Made by a program: the position numbers and the translations under genes
Shown: piece after piece, positions 1 to 9,481 of the stretch
How the letters are laid out: every line of letters begins with the position of its first letter
How positions within the stretch are numbered: the stretch's first letter is position 1
Assembly: GCA_016928865.1 (NCBI GenBank)
Contig: JAFGJX010000030.1
Coordinates: 62,835-126,834, forward strand
Reading direction: 5' to 3'
Source: Spirochaetota bacterium
GTDB lineage: Bacteria; Spirochaetota; UBA4802; UBA5550
Length of the DNA: 64,000 nt
Notes under the pieces: generated by a model
The model's database searches: none
The model's input: only the letters and a program-made list of their open reading frames with translations
Told to the model about the DNA's origin: nothing

Positions 1-338
1 GCGCCCGGCATGCCGAAGCGCTCCAGATGCACCTGATGACAGATGCCGTTCCCCGCGGGGGAATGATATATGCCGTAGCTGGCGTTCATGGTCCGGAGGT
101 AGGCGTGGTCGTCAGCGTTTTCAAACCCCATCTGCAGGGTGTTGTGATCAACGTAGGAAACGGAGATATCGGTCTTCACCTTGGGAATGCCGAGAGCCTC
201 GAACTGAAGGTAGGCCATCGTGCCTGTGGCGTCCTGTGTCAGGGTCTGGTCGATCCGTATGCCGATCTCGCTGCCCGGTGTGAGGGTGCCCTCTAACAGG
301 TGCTCTTGTAAAATCTTATAAAAAGCTGATAATCCCAT
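1..338 (-). CDS. Aconitase-family (AcnA/LeuC-like) protein, N-terminal fragment running off the window start
   Basis: Manual minus-strand translation from ATG at 338: MGLSAFYKILQEHLLEGTLTPGSEIGIRIDQTLTQDATG...NGICHQVHLERFGMPG. The ICHQV(N/H)LE motif is typical of the aconitase/IPM dehydratase large-subunit N-domain. The listed + ORF 27..296 is its antisense. Confidence 0.5.
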   Translation of the reverse strand, partial: MGLSAFYKILQEHLLEGTLTPGSEIGIRIDQTLTQDATGTMAYLQFEALGIPKVKTDISVSYVDHNTLQMGFENADDHAYLRTMNASYGIYHSPAGNGICHQVHLERFGMPG

Positions 339-396
339 GGCGTTCCCCCGGCGTTGAATATGGACAGCATTAATGATATCCAGTTGAATTTCATGC

Positions 397-759
397 GTGC
401 TGTTTTCAAGTACTTTTCGTGAAAAACCAATCTGTCATCGCATTGATATTTTTCGGCAATGCGCCGATAATAGTATCATGAGAATATCCTCCGGATTGGC
501 CGAAATTACCTTCAACCGCATTAGCGATGAGAGAATATTCGTGTGGCCGCGTTATGCCGGCGGGCGGGTCAATGATGTTGGAAGGGTCGCCCGGCGGGAC
601 GATCCGTTTCCCCTCTACTACAAGCCGCCGATGGAAGAGAGCGAGGAGCTGATCGCGCGGTACAGGAATGATTCCAACACGGAATATTCCCCTTCAGGCA
701 GGATTGTCAAGGCCTCGCCCGGGATCAGGCCGGGCCTGCTGTTTGAGGCGATCGCGTAA
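397..759 (+). CDS. hypothetical protein
   Basis: 120-aa ORF followed by an intrinsic terminator. No recognisable motifs. Confidence 0.3.
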   Translation: MLFSSTFREKPICHRIDIFRQCADNSIMRISSGLAEITFNRISDERIFVWPRYAGGRVNDVGRVARRDDPFPLYYKPPMEESEELIARYRNDSNTEYSPSGRIVKASPGIRPGLLFEAIA

Positions 760-800
760 GGCCCTTATTAGTTCCAGCGCAGGTTTTTTTTCAGGACAAT

Positions 801-828
801 AAAAAACCCGCTCTTGCGAGCGGGTTTT
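801..828. terminator. Bidirectional rho-independent terminator between ORF 397..759 (+) and flaB (875..1726 -)
   Basis: AAAAAA-CCCGCTC-ttgc-GAGCGGG-TTTT: a perfect 7-bp GC stem flanked by an A-tract and a T-tract. Confidence 0.65.
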
Positions 829-874
829 GGATAAATTGGCGGTATTCCCTCTTGGTGTTCAGATGATCTTTTTA

Positions 875-1726
875 TTAGCCGCCGAGAAGCTGCAGTATCG
901 TCCTCGTCTTCAGATTTGCCTGAGCCAGCATTGCAGTACCACTCTGGACAAGAATCTGGTCCTTGGACAGGTCGACTAATGTTTCCGCCAGGTCGGCATC
1001 CCTGATGCGGCTTTCGGATGCCTGTATATTTTCGTAGGCGTTCAGCAGTCCTTTCGCAGCAAACTCGAGCCGGTTGTAATAGGCACCGAGGTCCGCTCTC
1101 TGCTTGGCAATCTTATGGAGAGAATCGTCTATGATCCCGATCGCCCTGTTCGAGCCGTCGGCGGTGCTGAGGTTGACCAGGAACTTGCCGGTCCGCTCGC
1201 GCAGGTTCAATCCTTCGGCCGTCATGGTGCCGATGAAGACGCGCTCACGCTGGTGCATGTTCGCTCCCATGTGGAACCACATCGAGGCTTTGGGGTTGGT
1301 CCGAGCATAATCGCCGAGAAGCAGCTTGAACTTGTTGAACTCCGCCTGTGAGGCGATGCGGTCAACTTCGTCGATCAGGGCGGATACTTCGACCTGGATA
1401 AGCTGACGGTCTTCCTGGGTATAGATACCGTTGGAGGACTGGACAGCCAGCACCCGGATCCTCTGGAGGATTGACGAGGTGTTGTCGAGATACCCTTCTG
1501 TGGTCTGGACGAACGACATACCGTCTTCGGTGTTGCGCTCGGCCTGACGCAGGCCCTGTATCTGGGTCCGCATCTTTTCAGAAACGGCGAGTCCGGAGGC
1601 GTCGTCACCGGCCCGGTTGATCCTCATGCCGGATGACATCTTCTCCATAGATTTGTTAACGTCCCAGTGCTTGAACTTCAACACGCGGTTGGAGTTGATC
1701 GCACTCATGTTGTGATTGATTATCAT
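875..1726 (-). CDS. flaB: Flagellin, spirochete FlaB type (copy 1)
   Basis: N-terminus [18 protein letters not shown]...[32 protein letters not shown] and C-terminus [15 protein letters not shown] are conserved flagellin D0/D1 segments. The MIINHN start is characteristic of periplasmic-flagellum FlaB. Confidence 0.9.
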   Translation of the reverse strand: MIINHNMSAINSNRVLKFKHWDVNKSMEKMSSGMRINRAGDDASGLAVSEKMRTQIQGLRQAERNTEDGMSFVQTTEGYLDNTSSILQRIRVLAVQSSNGIYTQEDRQLIQVEVSALIDEVDRIASQAEFNKFKLLLGDYARTNPKASMWFHMGANMHQRERVFIGTMTAEGLNLRERTGKFLVNLSTADGSNRAIGIIDDSLHKIAKQRADLGAYYNRLEFAAKGLLNAYENIQASESRIRDADLAETLVDLSKDQILVQSGTAMLAQANLKTRTILQLLGG

Positions 1727-1757
1727 AGTCTACACACTCCTTTGTTTTACTTGTCTT

Positions 1758-1775
1758 CCTGATCTCCGTATCAGG
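1758..1775 (-). promoter_or_regulatory. 5'-UTR hairpin of flaB copy 1 with ACGGAG in the loop (candidate CsrA site), about 35 nt upstream of SD AAAGGAG
   Basis: mRNA sense: CCUGAU-acGGAg-AUCAGG, then ...AAAGGAGugugu-AGACU-AUG. Confidence 0.35.
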
Positions 1776-1965
1776 AAATTGTGTACCAGGTTAGCTGAGT
1801 TTTTTTTGGGAATACCCGCTGGCGCATTGCTGCAACCATCATGACCTCCGGTGCAGATGGAGATGCTTGCCGCAATGATTTGTAACGTGCCAGAGTTTTC
1901 AAAGAGCCTGCCCCGCCGGCCCATCGGCCGGCGGAACAAAAATATGATTATAAACCACTAAAACG

Positions 1966-2811
1966 CTATCGCAAGAGCTCCAGTATGAGCTGGGATCGGT
2001 TATTCGCCTGGGCCAGCATCGCCGTGCCGCTCTGCACCAGCACCATGGATTTCGTGTAATCGACAGTGGTCTCAGCCATGTCGGCGTCCCGTATCCGGCT
2101 TTCCGACGCCTGGGTGTTTTCATAGGCGTTCATCAGGCCTTTGGCCGCATGTTCAAGCCGGTTGTAGTACGCGCCCAGGTCCGCCCGCTGCTTTGAGATT
2201 ATTCGTATTGACTCGTCAAAGACCCCGATGCTCCGGTTCGCGCTGTCCGCAGTCGAAAGGCTGATCGGATTGCCGATGAAATCCCTGACGCCGAGCGCGA
2301 TCGCGCTCATGGTCTGGATGAAAACGCGTTCCCGCTGATGCATGTTCGGTCCCATGTGGAACCACATGGATGCCCGCGCGTGGATCCGTGAAAAATCTCC
2401 GAGAAGAAGGTTCATTTTGTTGAATTCGGCCTGCGAGGCGATCCGGTCGACCTCGTCGACCAGCTCGGAAATCTCCACCTGTATGAGCTGACGGTCCATC
2501 TGCGTGTAAATGCCGTTGGATGACTGCACCGCGAGGACCCTCATGCGCTGGATGATGTTCGTTACTTCCTGGAGATATCCTTCGGTGGTCTGGATAAGGG
2601 ACATGCCGTCTTCGGTGTTGCGTTCAGCCTGCCTGAGGCCCAGTATCTGTGATCTCATTTTTTCTGAAACAGCGAGTCCGGATGCGTCGTCTCCGGCCCT
2701 GTTTATTCTCATGCCGGAAGAGAGCTTCTCCATCGCGTGGTCCACGTCCCAGTGCTGGAACTTGAGTACCCGGTGCGCAAAAATAGCGGACAGGTTGTGA
2801 TTGATGATCAT
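1966..2811 (-). CDS. flaB: Flagellin, spirochete FlaB type (copy 2, paralog of 875..1726)
   Basis: [18 protein letters not shown]...[32 protein letters not shown]...[13 protein letters not shown]. It is clearly paralogous to copy 1. Confidence 0.9.
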   Translation of the reverse strand: MIINHNLSAIFAHRVLKFQHWDVDHAMEKLSSGMRINRAGDDASGLAVSEKMRSQILGLRQAERNTEDGMSLIQTTEGYLQEVTNIIQRMRVLAVQSSNGIYTQMDRQLIQVEISELVDEVDRIASQAEFNKMNLLLGDFSRIHARASMWFHMGPNMHQRERVFIQTMSAIALGVRDFIGNPISLSTADSANRSIGVFDESIRIISKQRADLGAYYNRLEHAAKGLMNAYENTQASESRIRDADMAETTVDYTKSMVLVQSGTAMLAQANNRSQLILELLR

Positions 2812-2837
2812 TAAGATTCCTCCATGAATCTTTGCGC

Positions 2838-2857
2838 GGCTGACCTCCGTGCCAGCC
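2838..2857 (-). promoter_or_regulatory. 5'-UTR hairpin of flaB copy 2 with ACGGAG in the loop, upstream of SD GGAGG
   Basis: mRNA sense: GGCUG-gcacGGAggu-CAGCC ...cauGGAGGaaucuuaAUG. Both flaB copies share the element ACGGAG(A/G)TCAG. Confidence 0.3.
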
Positions 2858-2910
2858 TGATCGGTTTTTACCTCTCGTGTTTATGTTCGGTTTTAAGAAG
2901 GAATAAGTTG

Positions 2911-2940
2911 AAGGCGATTAAAGGCGATTTAAGGCGATTA
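2911..2940. repeat. Three perfect tandem 10-bp direct repeats AAGGCGATT(A/T) in the divergent flaB / membrane-TPR promoter region
   Basis: aaggcgatta aaggcgattt aaggcgatta, with a partial fourth copy (aagttg) upstream. The helical-turn periodicity suggests a regulator binding array. Confidence 0.8.
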
Positions 2941-3186
2941 TTAGAGTTTAATATCATATATAGTTATTTATCAATTGATTTTAACATCATTACTATTTTT
3001 TTGCATTTTTATCCTATTCAAATTGTCGGAATCTGGTATTTTACCCTTAGCATTTTTTTAATTTTTTTTGTAGTTTTAACCAAATAAATCATTATTACTC
3101 GCCAGATTGAGAAAAATTCTTGTTTTTTTAATATAACAAGTCATCGTTAATGGCGATCTTTTGTATATAATATTGAAAAAGGTTTA

Positions 3187-6100
3187 TTGCAGATGAGTTT
3201 TTTGAAGAAATCCGGTCAAACCGCTATTTCACAGGGGAAATATATTGATCTCAATAATTTCCTTTCATTTGCAGTAATAGGTATCTTTTTTTCTGATCTG
3301 TATTTTTTATTAAAATACTATTTTTTTTATGACCCAGTACTGAACGTCATTCTGCTGTTCGGCCTTGGCGGTGTCTGTTTCGGTGATCTACTGGGGAGGT
3401 TTTTATATTCAAAATTAACTAAAACAAGACTGATTACGGTCCTGTCCGAAACGGTCTTCTGTGCCGGTTTCATCATCTACGCCTTGAGAGATCTCATAAC
3501 CAAGGGATCCGGAGATCTTTTCTTAGAGTCATTCTTTGCGTTCAAGTACGGTTTTCCGGCCCTTCTTTTTCTTGTGTCGATTTTTTTTGGCATAAAGACT
3601 CATTATTCGCTGCGAATCTCTTGTGCTGAGTATGTTGAAAAAAAAGGGGGAACGGAACGGTTTGCCGGGGCGCTACTCGCCGGGAGCCTTTTCGGCATTG
3701 CTCTGGCGGGAATCTTTTTTTCGTTCGATATCCGGCTCTTTTATCTCTCGCCGCTGGGGCTCCTGCTCCTGGTTTCAATCAGGGGTATCGATCTTCCGTA
3801 TGATCCTGCTCCTCTCCGCGTTGCAGCCTCTGCTGATGAGGAACCGGAGAAGGAACGCGGAAATCGTCCTGAACGGCGTGCCGATGCCGTGCTATACACC
3901 TATCTGAATTTCCTGTCTGTGTTGTTGTACGCGTATCTCGGGTTTGTCGCCATAAGCAAATATTACGGTGATACGGTCTATGTTGGTGCCATCTTTGTCG
4001 TCCTGCTTCTGGCAGCGCTGCTCGGCGGGTATCTTGCCGGTGGTGGCATCAAAGCCCCATACCTGCATGTATACGGGGCTTCGTTGTTTCCAATTGCGTT
4101 TCTCGTTTTTATCTCCTTCCTTATGAACTATAACCAGGGACTGCATTTTATAATCGGGATTCTGCTGTTCGCTCCGGTCGGGTTTCTGCTCGGGATGGTG
4201 CTCAGGCTTTCCGTGAGAGCGCTCTGCAGCCGGTGGGACGATAAAAAGAGAGCAACTGTGCTGGAATTCTCGCTTATCATTCTGCCCGCACCGATTCTCA
4301 TCTCGCTGGGACTTGTCGATTTTACCAATCTCCTGTATTACGGCATTGTCTGTGCCGTGATGCTCATCAATGTCCTGATCCCGTCAATATCGATGATCAA
4401 TCATGACATGAAGGCGGTGCGAAAGGGACTCTACTATTTCTTTTCGCTCCTCTTCCTGCCGATGATTGTTTTCATGGTCCTGTATTTCAGGCTGCCCATG
4501 AATAACGACATCTACGCAACCCGGGTAAAAAATTTCAACGAGCTCCGCAATATCAACTACAACGCGGACTACATCCGGACCAATGCGGTCATTACCATGG
4601 GCGGGAATGCGGTGTTTGCGGTAAACGACAGCGTGATACGGAACCTGAAACGCGCACTGGCGCCCCTCTCCCTCCATCATCCTGAAAACAAGACGATGCT
4701 TGTCGTTGACGGGAACCAGCGGTTTTTCAGAAACCCGGTCATAGGCTATTACAACAATTCCATCTGTCTTGACCTGCTTGCCGATCGTGATGTGGATTAT
4801 AACAGGCTCCCCTTTTCCGGAACCCAGAAATACGTCCCGGACAATCATTCTCTTCTCATCTATCTTGAGAGAAGCAGGATTCCGTATTTTACCATTGTCG
4901 ACGTGCCGAATCTTCTTGACCAGGCCATGAACCGATTCAGGTTTTCAGGCGAATACTACCGGCTCATGAAGGGGCGTCTTGAGTCCGGCGGCCTCTTCGC
5001 ACAGGTGTTCAACGTTCCCGGGTGCAGGCCGGAGCTCTTTGCCAACGCAATGCTTGGCCTGAGGGCTACATTCAAAAACCACCTCGTCTATTATTTTTCA
5101 AACATCCTGGTCGTTCTCGCATCGGACGGTGACGGGATATTCACCGTACGGCGCGAGTCGTACGAGCGGCTTGTTTCTTTTTTAAGGTCCCACGAGGAGC
5201 TGCGCAAAGTTTTTCTGAATGAGCCCCATCTCCTGGCGCATCTCTTTACCCGCGGCGTCGATGAGCTGCTGGCCAGTGCGCCGGAGAGAAGCTTTATACC
5301 GGCACTGATGTTGACTGGCGCCGGGCAGGTAAGGATCCCGGCGCAGGCAGAAAATGCCTTTATGGAGAGAAACAGGCTTGTATTCGATCTGATCGCAGGA
5401 GGAGATGATCAGCGCGCATTCATTCTGTCTCTCGCCGCATCGTTCCAGCCTGATGACGCGGTCATATCTCTGCTGAAACGGACCGAGCTGGCGGAGGCGC
5501 GTGAAAAATATACAGAGGAAACCGAGCTCCTCTTCGAATTAAAAAAGCAGGCGGAGTACCGCATTTCTCTGCAGGAGTACGTCCGCTCAATGCTCGCCTA
5601 CAAGGAAAAGTATTATTATGCCGCCGCGCTTCGCCTTGAAAAAGACAGGAAATGGGACGAGGCGCGGGAGCTCTATCTTGCGGTGCTCAAAATCAACCCG
5701 GATAATTTTGATGCCAACTACCGGATGGGCCTTCTCTGCATCACCCTGCAGGACATTGAGGGATCATTCAACTACTTTCAGGAGGCGATGCGCATCAACA
5801 GGGACCACCCGCGGGTGCTATTCCAGCTCGGGATCCTCTATTATTCGAGCGGGAAAACGGTGGAAGCCATTGAATATTTAAACAGGGCCCTCCTTCAAAA
5901 TCAAAAACTGCAGCAGGCATACCGCTATCTGGGATTGTGCTATGAAAAGCTTGAGAACCTGCAGGAGGCGGAGGGCTACTATGCGCGGGCCTTGCTTGCT
6001 GACCCGAATGATACGGACACAAAGGCGCGTCTCGATGTCGTCAGAATGAAAATTGAGCAAGAGAGAAAAAAGTGGGAAATCCCCGAGCGTAAAAACGATA

Positions 6101-6279
6101 TGGATGTTGAACAGGATTCCGATATACCGCTGCCGGTAAGCAAGGGCGCATACGATATTCGTCTTAAAGACAATGATAGCGCTCTTCCGGAAATAAATCC
6201 GCTTTCCAGCGGCGGCACGGGAGCGGAAAAGGGGGAAAGCGGCGCGATCGGGGGGCCGCCGACTGAAAAAAATCAATGA
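3187..6279 (+). CDS. Polytopic membrane protein with a spermidine-synthase-like middle region and C-terminal TPR repeats (COG4262-like). The likely start is ATG 3193.
   Basis: The N-terminal roughly 450 aa is highly hydrophobic with multiple TM segments. The C-terminal roughly 250 aa has classic TPR repeats (AALRLEKDRKWDEARELYLAVLKINPDNFDANYRMGL...). The ORF track lists a TTG start at 3187. Confidence 0.6.
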   Translation: MQMSFLKKSGQTAISQGKYIDLNNFLSFAVIGIFFSDLYFLLKYYFFYDPVLNVILLFGLGGVCFGDLLGRFLYSKLTKTRLITVLSETVFCAGFIIYALRDLITKGSGDLFLESFFAFKYGFPALLFLVSIFFGIKTHYSLRISCAEYVEKKGGTERFAGALLAGSLFGIALAGIFFSFDIRLFYLSPLGLLLLVSIRGIDLPYDPAPLRVAASADEEPEKERGNRPERRADAVLYTYLNFLSVLLYAYLGFVAISKYYGDTVYVGAIFVVLLLAALLGGYLAGGGIKAPYLHVYGASLFPIAFLVFISFLMNYNQGLHFIIGILLFAPVGFLLGMVLRLSVRALCSRWDDKKRATVLEFSLIILPAPILISLGLVDFTNLLYYGIVCAVMLINVLIPSISMINHDMKAVRKGLYYFFSLLFLPMIVFMVLYFRLPMNNDIYATRVKNFNELRNINYNADYIRTNAVITMGGNAVFAVNDSVIRNLKRALAPLSLHHPENKTMLVVDGNQRFFRNPVIGYYNNSICLDLLADRDVDYNRLPFSGTQKYVPDNHSLLIYLERSRIPYFTIVDVPNLLDQAMNRFRFSGEYYRLMKGRLESGGLFAQVFNVPGCRPELFANAMLGLRATFKNHLVYYFSNILVVLASDGDGIFTVRRESYERLVSFLRSHEELRKVFLNEPHLLAHLFTRGVDELLASAPERSFIPALMLTGAGQVRIPAQAENAFMERNRLVFDLIAGGDDQRAFILSLAASFQPDDAVISLLKRTELAEAREKYTEETELLFELKKQAEYRISLQEYVRSMLAYKEKYYYAAALRLEKDRKWDEARELYLAVLKINPDNFDANYRMGLLCITLQDIEGSFNYFQEAMRINRDHPRVLFQLGILYYSSGKTVEAIEYLNRALLQNQKLQQAYRYLGLCYEKLENLQEAEGYYARALLADPNDTDTKARLDVVRMKIEQERKKWEIPERKNDMDVEQDSDIPLPVSKGAYDIRLKDNDSALPEINPLSSGGTGAEKGESGAIGGPPTEKNQ

Positions 6280-6863
6280 CACAGGACCGGGTAACAGTGG
6301 GAAAATCGCGGATGAAAATAGTATACCGGGCAGCGGCGCGTAAAAACGTATGCATTTCGGCGTTTGCCGCAACCGCCGTCCTGACCCTGTTTCTCTGGAA
6401 AATTGACGCGCTCTTGGCGGGTGCCGGCGGCAGGGGCTATATTCATCTCCAGCTTGCTTTCACAAGAGGAACATTTGAAAATATCCTTTCGTTCTGGCGC
6501 AGCGGCAGTGTTGATGTTTTAAAGACCATTCAGTGGGTCTATTTTCTGTATTCGGCATCATGCGCGGTTTTATTCTCGTCGTCAATCGCATTTTTTACGC
6601 AGCTTCGCCGTGGCGGCGGCGAACAGATCACCGTGGCAGACCTAGTGATTTTTTCACTCCCCATTGCCGGCATGATCACCGGCTGGGCGGCCCAGATCAT
6701 GATCGTCATGATTTTTAACGGCGCTGCTCTCTCTGCACCGTTGATTATGGCTGAATCTATCGCCGCGGCGCTTTCCTGGGCAATTTTCGTGATTTCACTT
6801 ATTTTTCTTCTGAGAAGCTACTTCCTCTTCAGGAAGGAGCAGAAGCGCTCCGCCGGGCGGTGA
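6276..6863 (+). CDS. hypothetical integral membrane protein
   Basis: Hydrophobic 195-aa ORF with 4-5 predicted TM helices. Its start overlaps the upstream stop (ATGA coupling). Confidence 0.45.
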   Translation: MTQDRVTVGKSRMKIVYRAAARKNVCISAFAATAVLTLFLWKIDALLAGAGGRGYIHLQLAFTRGTFENILSFWRSGSVDVLKTIQWVYFLYSASCAVLFSSSIAFFTQLRRGGGEQITVADLVIFSLPIAGMITGWAAQIMIVMIFNGAALSAPLIMAESIAAALSWAIFVISLIFLLRSYFLFRKEQKRSAGR

Positions 6864-6864
6864 G

Positions 6865-7626
6865 CTAGCTGATAATTCCCCTGATATACTCTTTTGTCAT
6901 CTCGTGCTGCGGGTTTTCAAATATCTGCGCGGCCGGTCCGTGTTCGACAAGCTCTCCCAGGTACATGAACAGGACGTAATCCGCAAGACGGCGCGCCTGG
7001 CGCAGGATGTGGGTAACGATGATGATGGTGTACCTGTTTTTCAAGTGCTTGAACTCGGCCTCTATCTTCTGGCTCGACTTCGGATCAAGCGCGGACGTGG
7101 GTTCATCCGCCAGGATTATCTCAGGCTCGACCGCAAGGCCGCGTGCCAGACAGAGACGCTGCTGCTGCCCTATGGAGAGGCGTGAGGCAGGCTCATGGAG
7201 CCGGTCCTTCACCTCTTCCCATAACCCTGAGATGGTAAGATAATGCCGCACCGTTTCCGCCATCTCATTTTTCTTTTTCATGCCATGGATCCTGGGTCCG
7301 TAGGCGACATTTTCGAAAATTGACATGGGGAGCGGGTAGGGCTTCTGGGAGAGGAGGCCCATTTTCTTCCGTATTTCGGTCACGTCCCTGCCTGGATCGT
7401 ATATATTTTCATTGTCGATCAGTATCGATCCGGAAAGGGAAACGCCGTCACTGTTTTCAAGGAGCCGGTTCATTGCCCTGAGGAGTGTTGACTTGCCGCA
7501 GCCGGACGGCCCGATGACAGCGGTGATCTGTTTTTCGGGGATGTCGACTGATATGCGGTTCAGCGCCGGTGTTGAGCCGTAGGATACGCTCAGATCGTGT
7601 ACTCTCACGTGTGGATTTGTTTGCAT
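6865..7626 (-). CDS. pstB: Phosphate ABC transporter ATP-binding protein PstB
   Basis: Walker A GPSGCGKST, ABC signature LSIGQQQRLCLARGLA, Walker B ILADEPTSALD. It is the last gene of the pstSCAB order. Confidence 0.9.
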   Translation of the reverse strand: MQTNPHVRVHDLSVSYGSTPALNRISVDIPEKQITAVIGPSGCGKSTLLRAMNRLLENSDGVSLSGSILIDNENIYDPGRDVTEIRKKMGLLSQKPYPLPMSIFENVAYGPRIHGMKKKNEMAETVRHYLTISGLWEEVKDRLHEPASRLSIGQQQRLCLARGLAVEPEIILADEPTSALDPKSSQKIEAEFKHLKNRYTIIIVTHILRQARRLADYVLFMYLGELVEHGPAAQIFENPQHEMTKEYIRGIIS

Positions 7627-7638
7627 GATGCGGAGCTC

Positions 7639-8496
7639 CTACTGGATGGTATGTCGTCTGAAGCGGGCCGCGAGCAGTCGCGCCGATATGCTGACGATAA
7701 GAATGATTATGGTAAGAATGAAGGCGCTTGCATACGCGCGTTCCTGCACTTCGGGAAAGGGAGTGCCGAGCTGGAAAAATATCGCGAGAGGCAGTGTGGC
7801 CGCGGGCTGTGTAAGCGACAGGGGGATGCGGTCCGAGAAACCTGAGGTAAAGAGCACGGAGGCGGCGTCGCCGATCCCCCGGCCGAATGCCAGGAGAATG
7901 GCGCTGATAATGCCCGGGAGGGTCTGGCGAAGGACAACGCGCGACGCCGTTTCAATGCGGGTCGAGCCAAGGCTGAAGGATGCCTCGACCAGCTCCACCG
8001 GCACAAGGGAAATAACTTCGTCCATGGCGCGCGCCATAATCGGAAGAATGAACAGGGCGACGGTGATTATACCTCCCAGGAGTGACGCGGATATGCCGAA
8101 GTATACCATGATTATAAAACCGAAGGCGCCGTAGACGATGGAAGGGATCCCCCAGAGAAAATCGAGAGACAGCCTTATCAGTTCCGCGAAGCGTGAATTT
8201 TTGCCGGCATATATATTGATATAGAGCACAACCGGAAGGCTCGCCAGAAAGGCTATCGCGGTTGCTGATGAGGTCAGAACGATTGAGCCGACGATCGCGT
8301 TTAAAACGCCGCCTTCCTTGCCCAGATAATATCCGCCCTGCGGTGTCCTGGTTATCATGTCCAGATCCATCGAGCCGATGCCTTTGAAGAGAACCGTTCC
8401 TATAATGAGAAACAGGCAGCCGAGAACGACCAGAGTGCTGACGATCATGAGAAACCGGAACACGGCCTCTTCAAATTTATTGAACGATGATCTCAT
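7639..8496 (-). CDS. pstA: Phosphate ABC transporter permease PstA
   Basis: 6-TM permease adjacent to pstB in the canonical order. Confidence 0.85.
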   Translation of the reverse strand: MRSSFNKFEEAVFRFLMIVSTLVVLGCLFLIIGTVLFKGIGSMDLDMITRTPQGGYYLGKEGGVLNAIVGSIVLTSSATAIAFLASLPVVLYINIYAGKNSRFAELIRLSLDFLWGIPSIVYGAFGFIIMVYFGISASLLGGIITVALFILPIMARAMDEVISLVPVELVEASFSLGSTRIETASRVVLRQTLPGIISAILLAFGRGIGDAASVLFTSGFSDRIPLSLTQPAATLPLAIFFQLGTPFPEVQERAYASAFILTIIILIVSISARLLAARFRRHTIQ

Positions 8497-8557
8497 TACA
8501 TGAAGTTCCTGCTGATTTGAAATAATACCGAAAGGGTTCTCCTTAGCCGTATCCCCA

Positions 8558-9451
8558 TCAGGATATCCTGAGCCTGATCCGATGCAGTATGTATCGTGAA
8601 ATGACGTTAAAAAATATTACCACCACGAACAGAACCAGCGCCGACATCATTAGCGCGGAATCATAGAGCGGTATGGACATCATCTCGCCGTAATTATTCG
8701 CAATCAGCGCCGGCAGCGGGTACCCCGGGTCGAATACCGACCCTGGAATTTTTGTTATGTTGCCCGCAACCATGAGAACCGCCATGGTCTCACCGAAGGC
8801 GCGCGAAAAGCCGAGCACATTCGCTGCGATGATGCCGGGCAGGGACCTCCTTAAAACAACGTGCTTGACCGTCTGCCATTGAGTAGCCCCGAGGGAGAGC
8901 GATGCCTCGCGCAGACCTGCCGGCACTGCCTGAAAGACTTCCATCGTTATATGGATGATAACAGGAAAGATCATGATGGAAAGGACAATGCCGGCGGCGA
9001 GCACGGAATAGCCTGTCGAGCTGACGCCGAAGAGGGGCGCAAGCCGCCCCTTCACCAGGGGGACGATCACGATAACGCCCCATATCCCGTAGATCACGGA
9101 TGGGATCCCCGCGAGGAGGTCGATAAAAGGCCGGGACAATTCCCGTATTCGGGACAGCGCGAATTCTGAAAGGTAAATTGATGTCAGGAGCGATATGGGA
9201 ACAGCAATAACAATGGCGATGCCGGTGACCCAGAGGGTCCCCATAATAAAGGGCAGCATCCCGAAATCGCCCTTCATGGGGCTCCATGATACGGAAAAAA
9301 GAAGTTCATGCAGAGGTTTAATCTGCATGATCGGCCAGGCCCGGATGAGGAGTCCCAGTGCCATCACCAGCACAAGGACACCGCATCCGGCGGTGATAAG
9401 GAACATCGCTTTCCCGGCGATCAGGTCTTTCAGTGTCCGTTTTGCTGTCAT
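8558..9451 (-). CDS. pstC: Phosphate ABC transporter permease PstC
   Basis: Permease with EAA-like loop (LSLGATQWQTVKHVVLRRSLPGI), between pstS and pstA. Confidence 0.85.
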   Translation of the reverse strand: MTAKRTLKDLIAGKAMFLITAGCGVLVLVMALGLLIRAWPIMQIKPLHELLFSVSWSPMKGDFGMLPFIMGTLWVTGIAIVIAVPISLLTSIYLSEFALSRIRELSRPFIDLLAGIPSVIYGIWGVIVIVPLVKGRLAPLFGVSSTGYSVLAAGIVLSIMIFPVIIHITMEVFQAVPAGLREASLSLGATQWQTVKHVVLRRSLPGIIAANVLGFSRAFGETMAVLMVAGNITKIPGSVFDPGYPLPALIANNYGEMMSIPLYDSALMMSALVLFVVVIFFNVISRYILHRIRLRIS

Positions 9452-9481
9452 TGACTGTCAGAGCTATGATGATGGAGACAG

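Noticed and set aside
27..296. 89-aa + strand ORF at the window start
   Set aside because: It lies antisense to a much better-supported aconitase-family N-terminus on the minus strand (start 338, running off the window).
2812..2910. Sigma-28 (TAAA-N15-GCCGATAA) promoter for flaB
   Set aside because: TAAA and CCGAT elements are present but at non-canonical spacing (about 26 nt). They cannot be called confidently by eye.
2911..2940. Possible CRISPR array
   Set aside because: The repeats are only 10 bp, directly abutting with no spacers, and no cas genes are present. It is a regulatory-type tandem repeat, not CRISPR.
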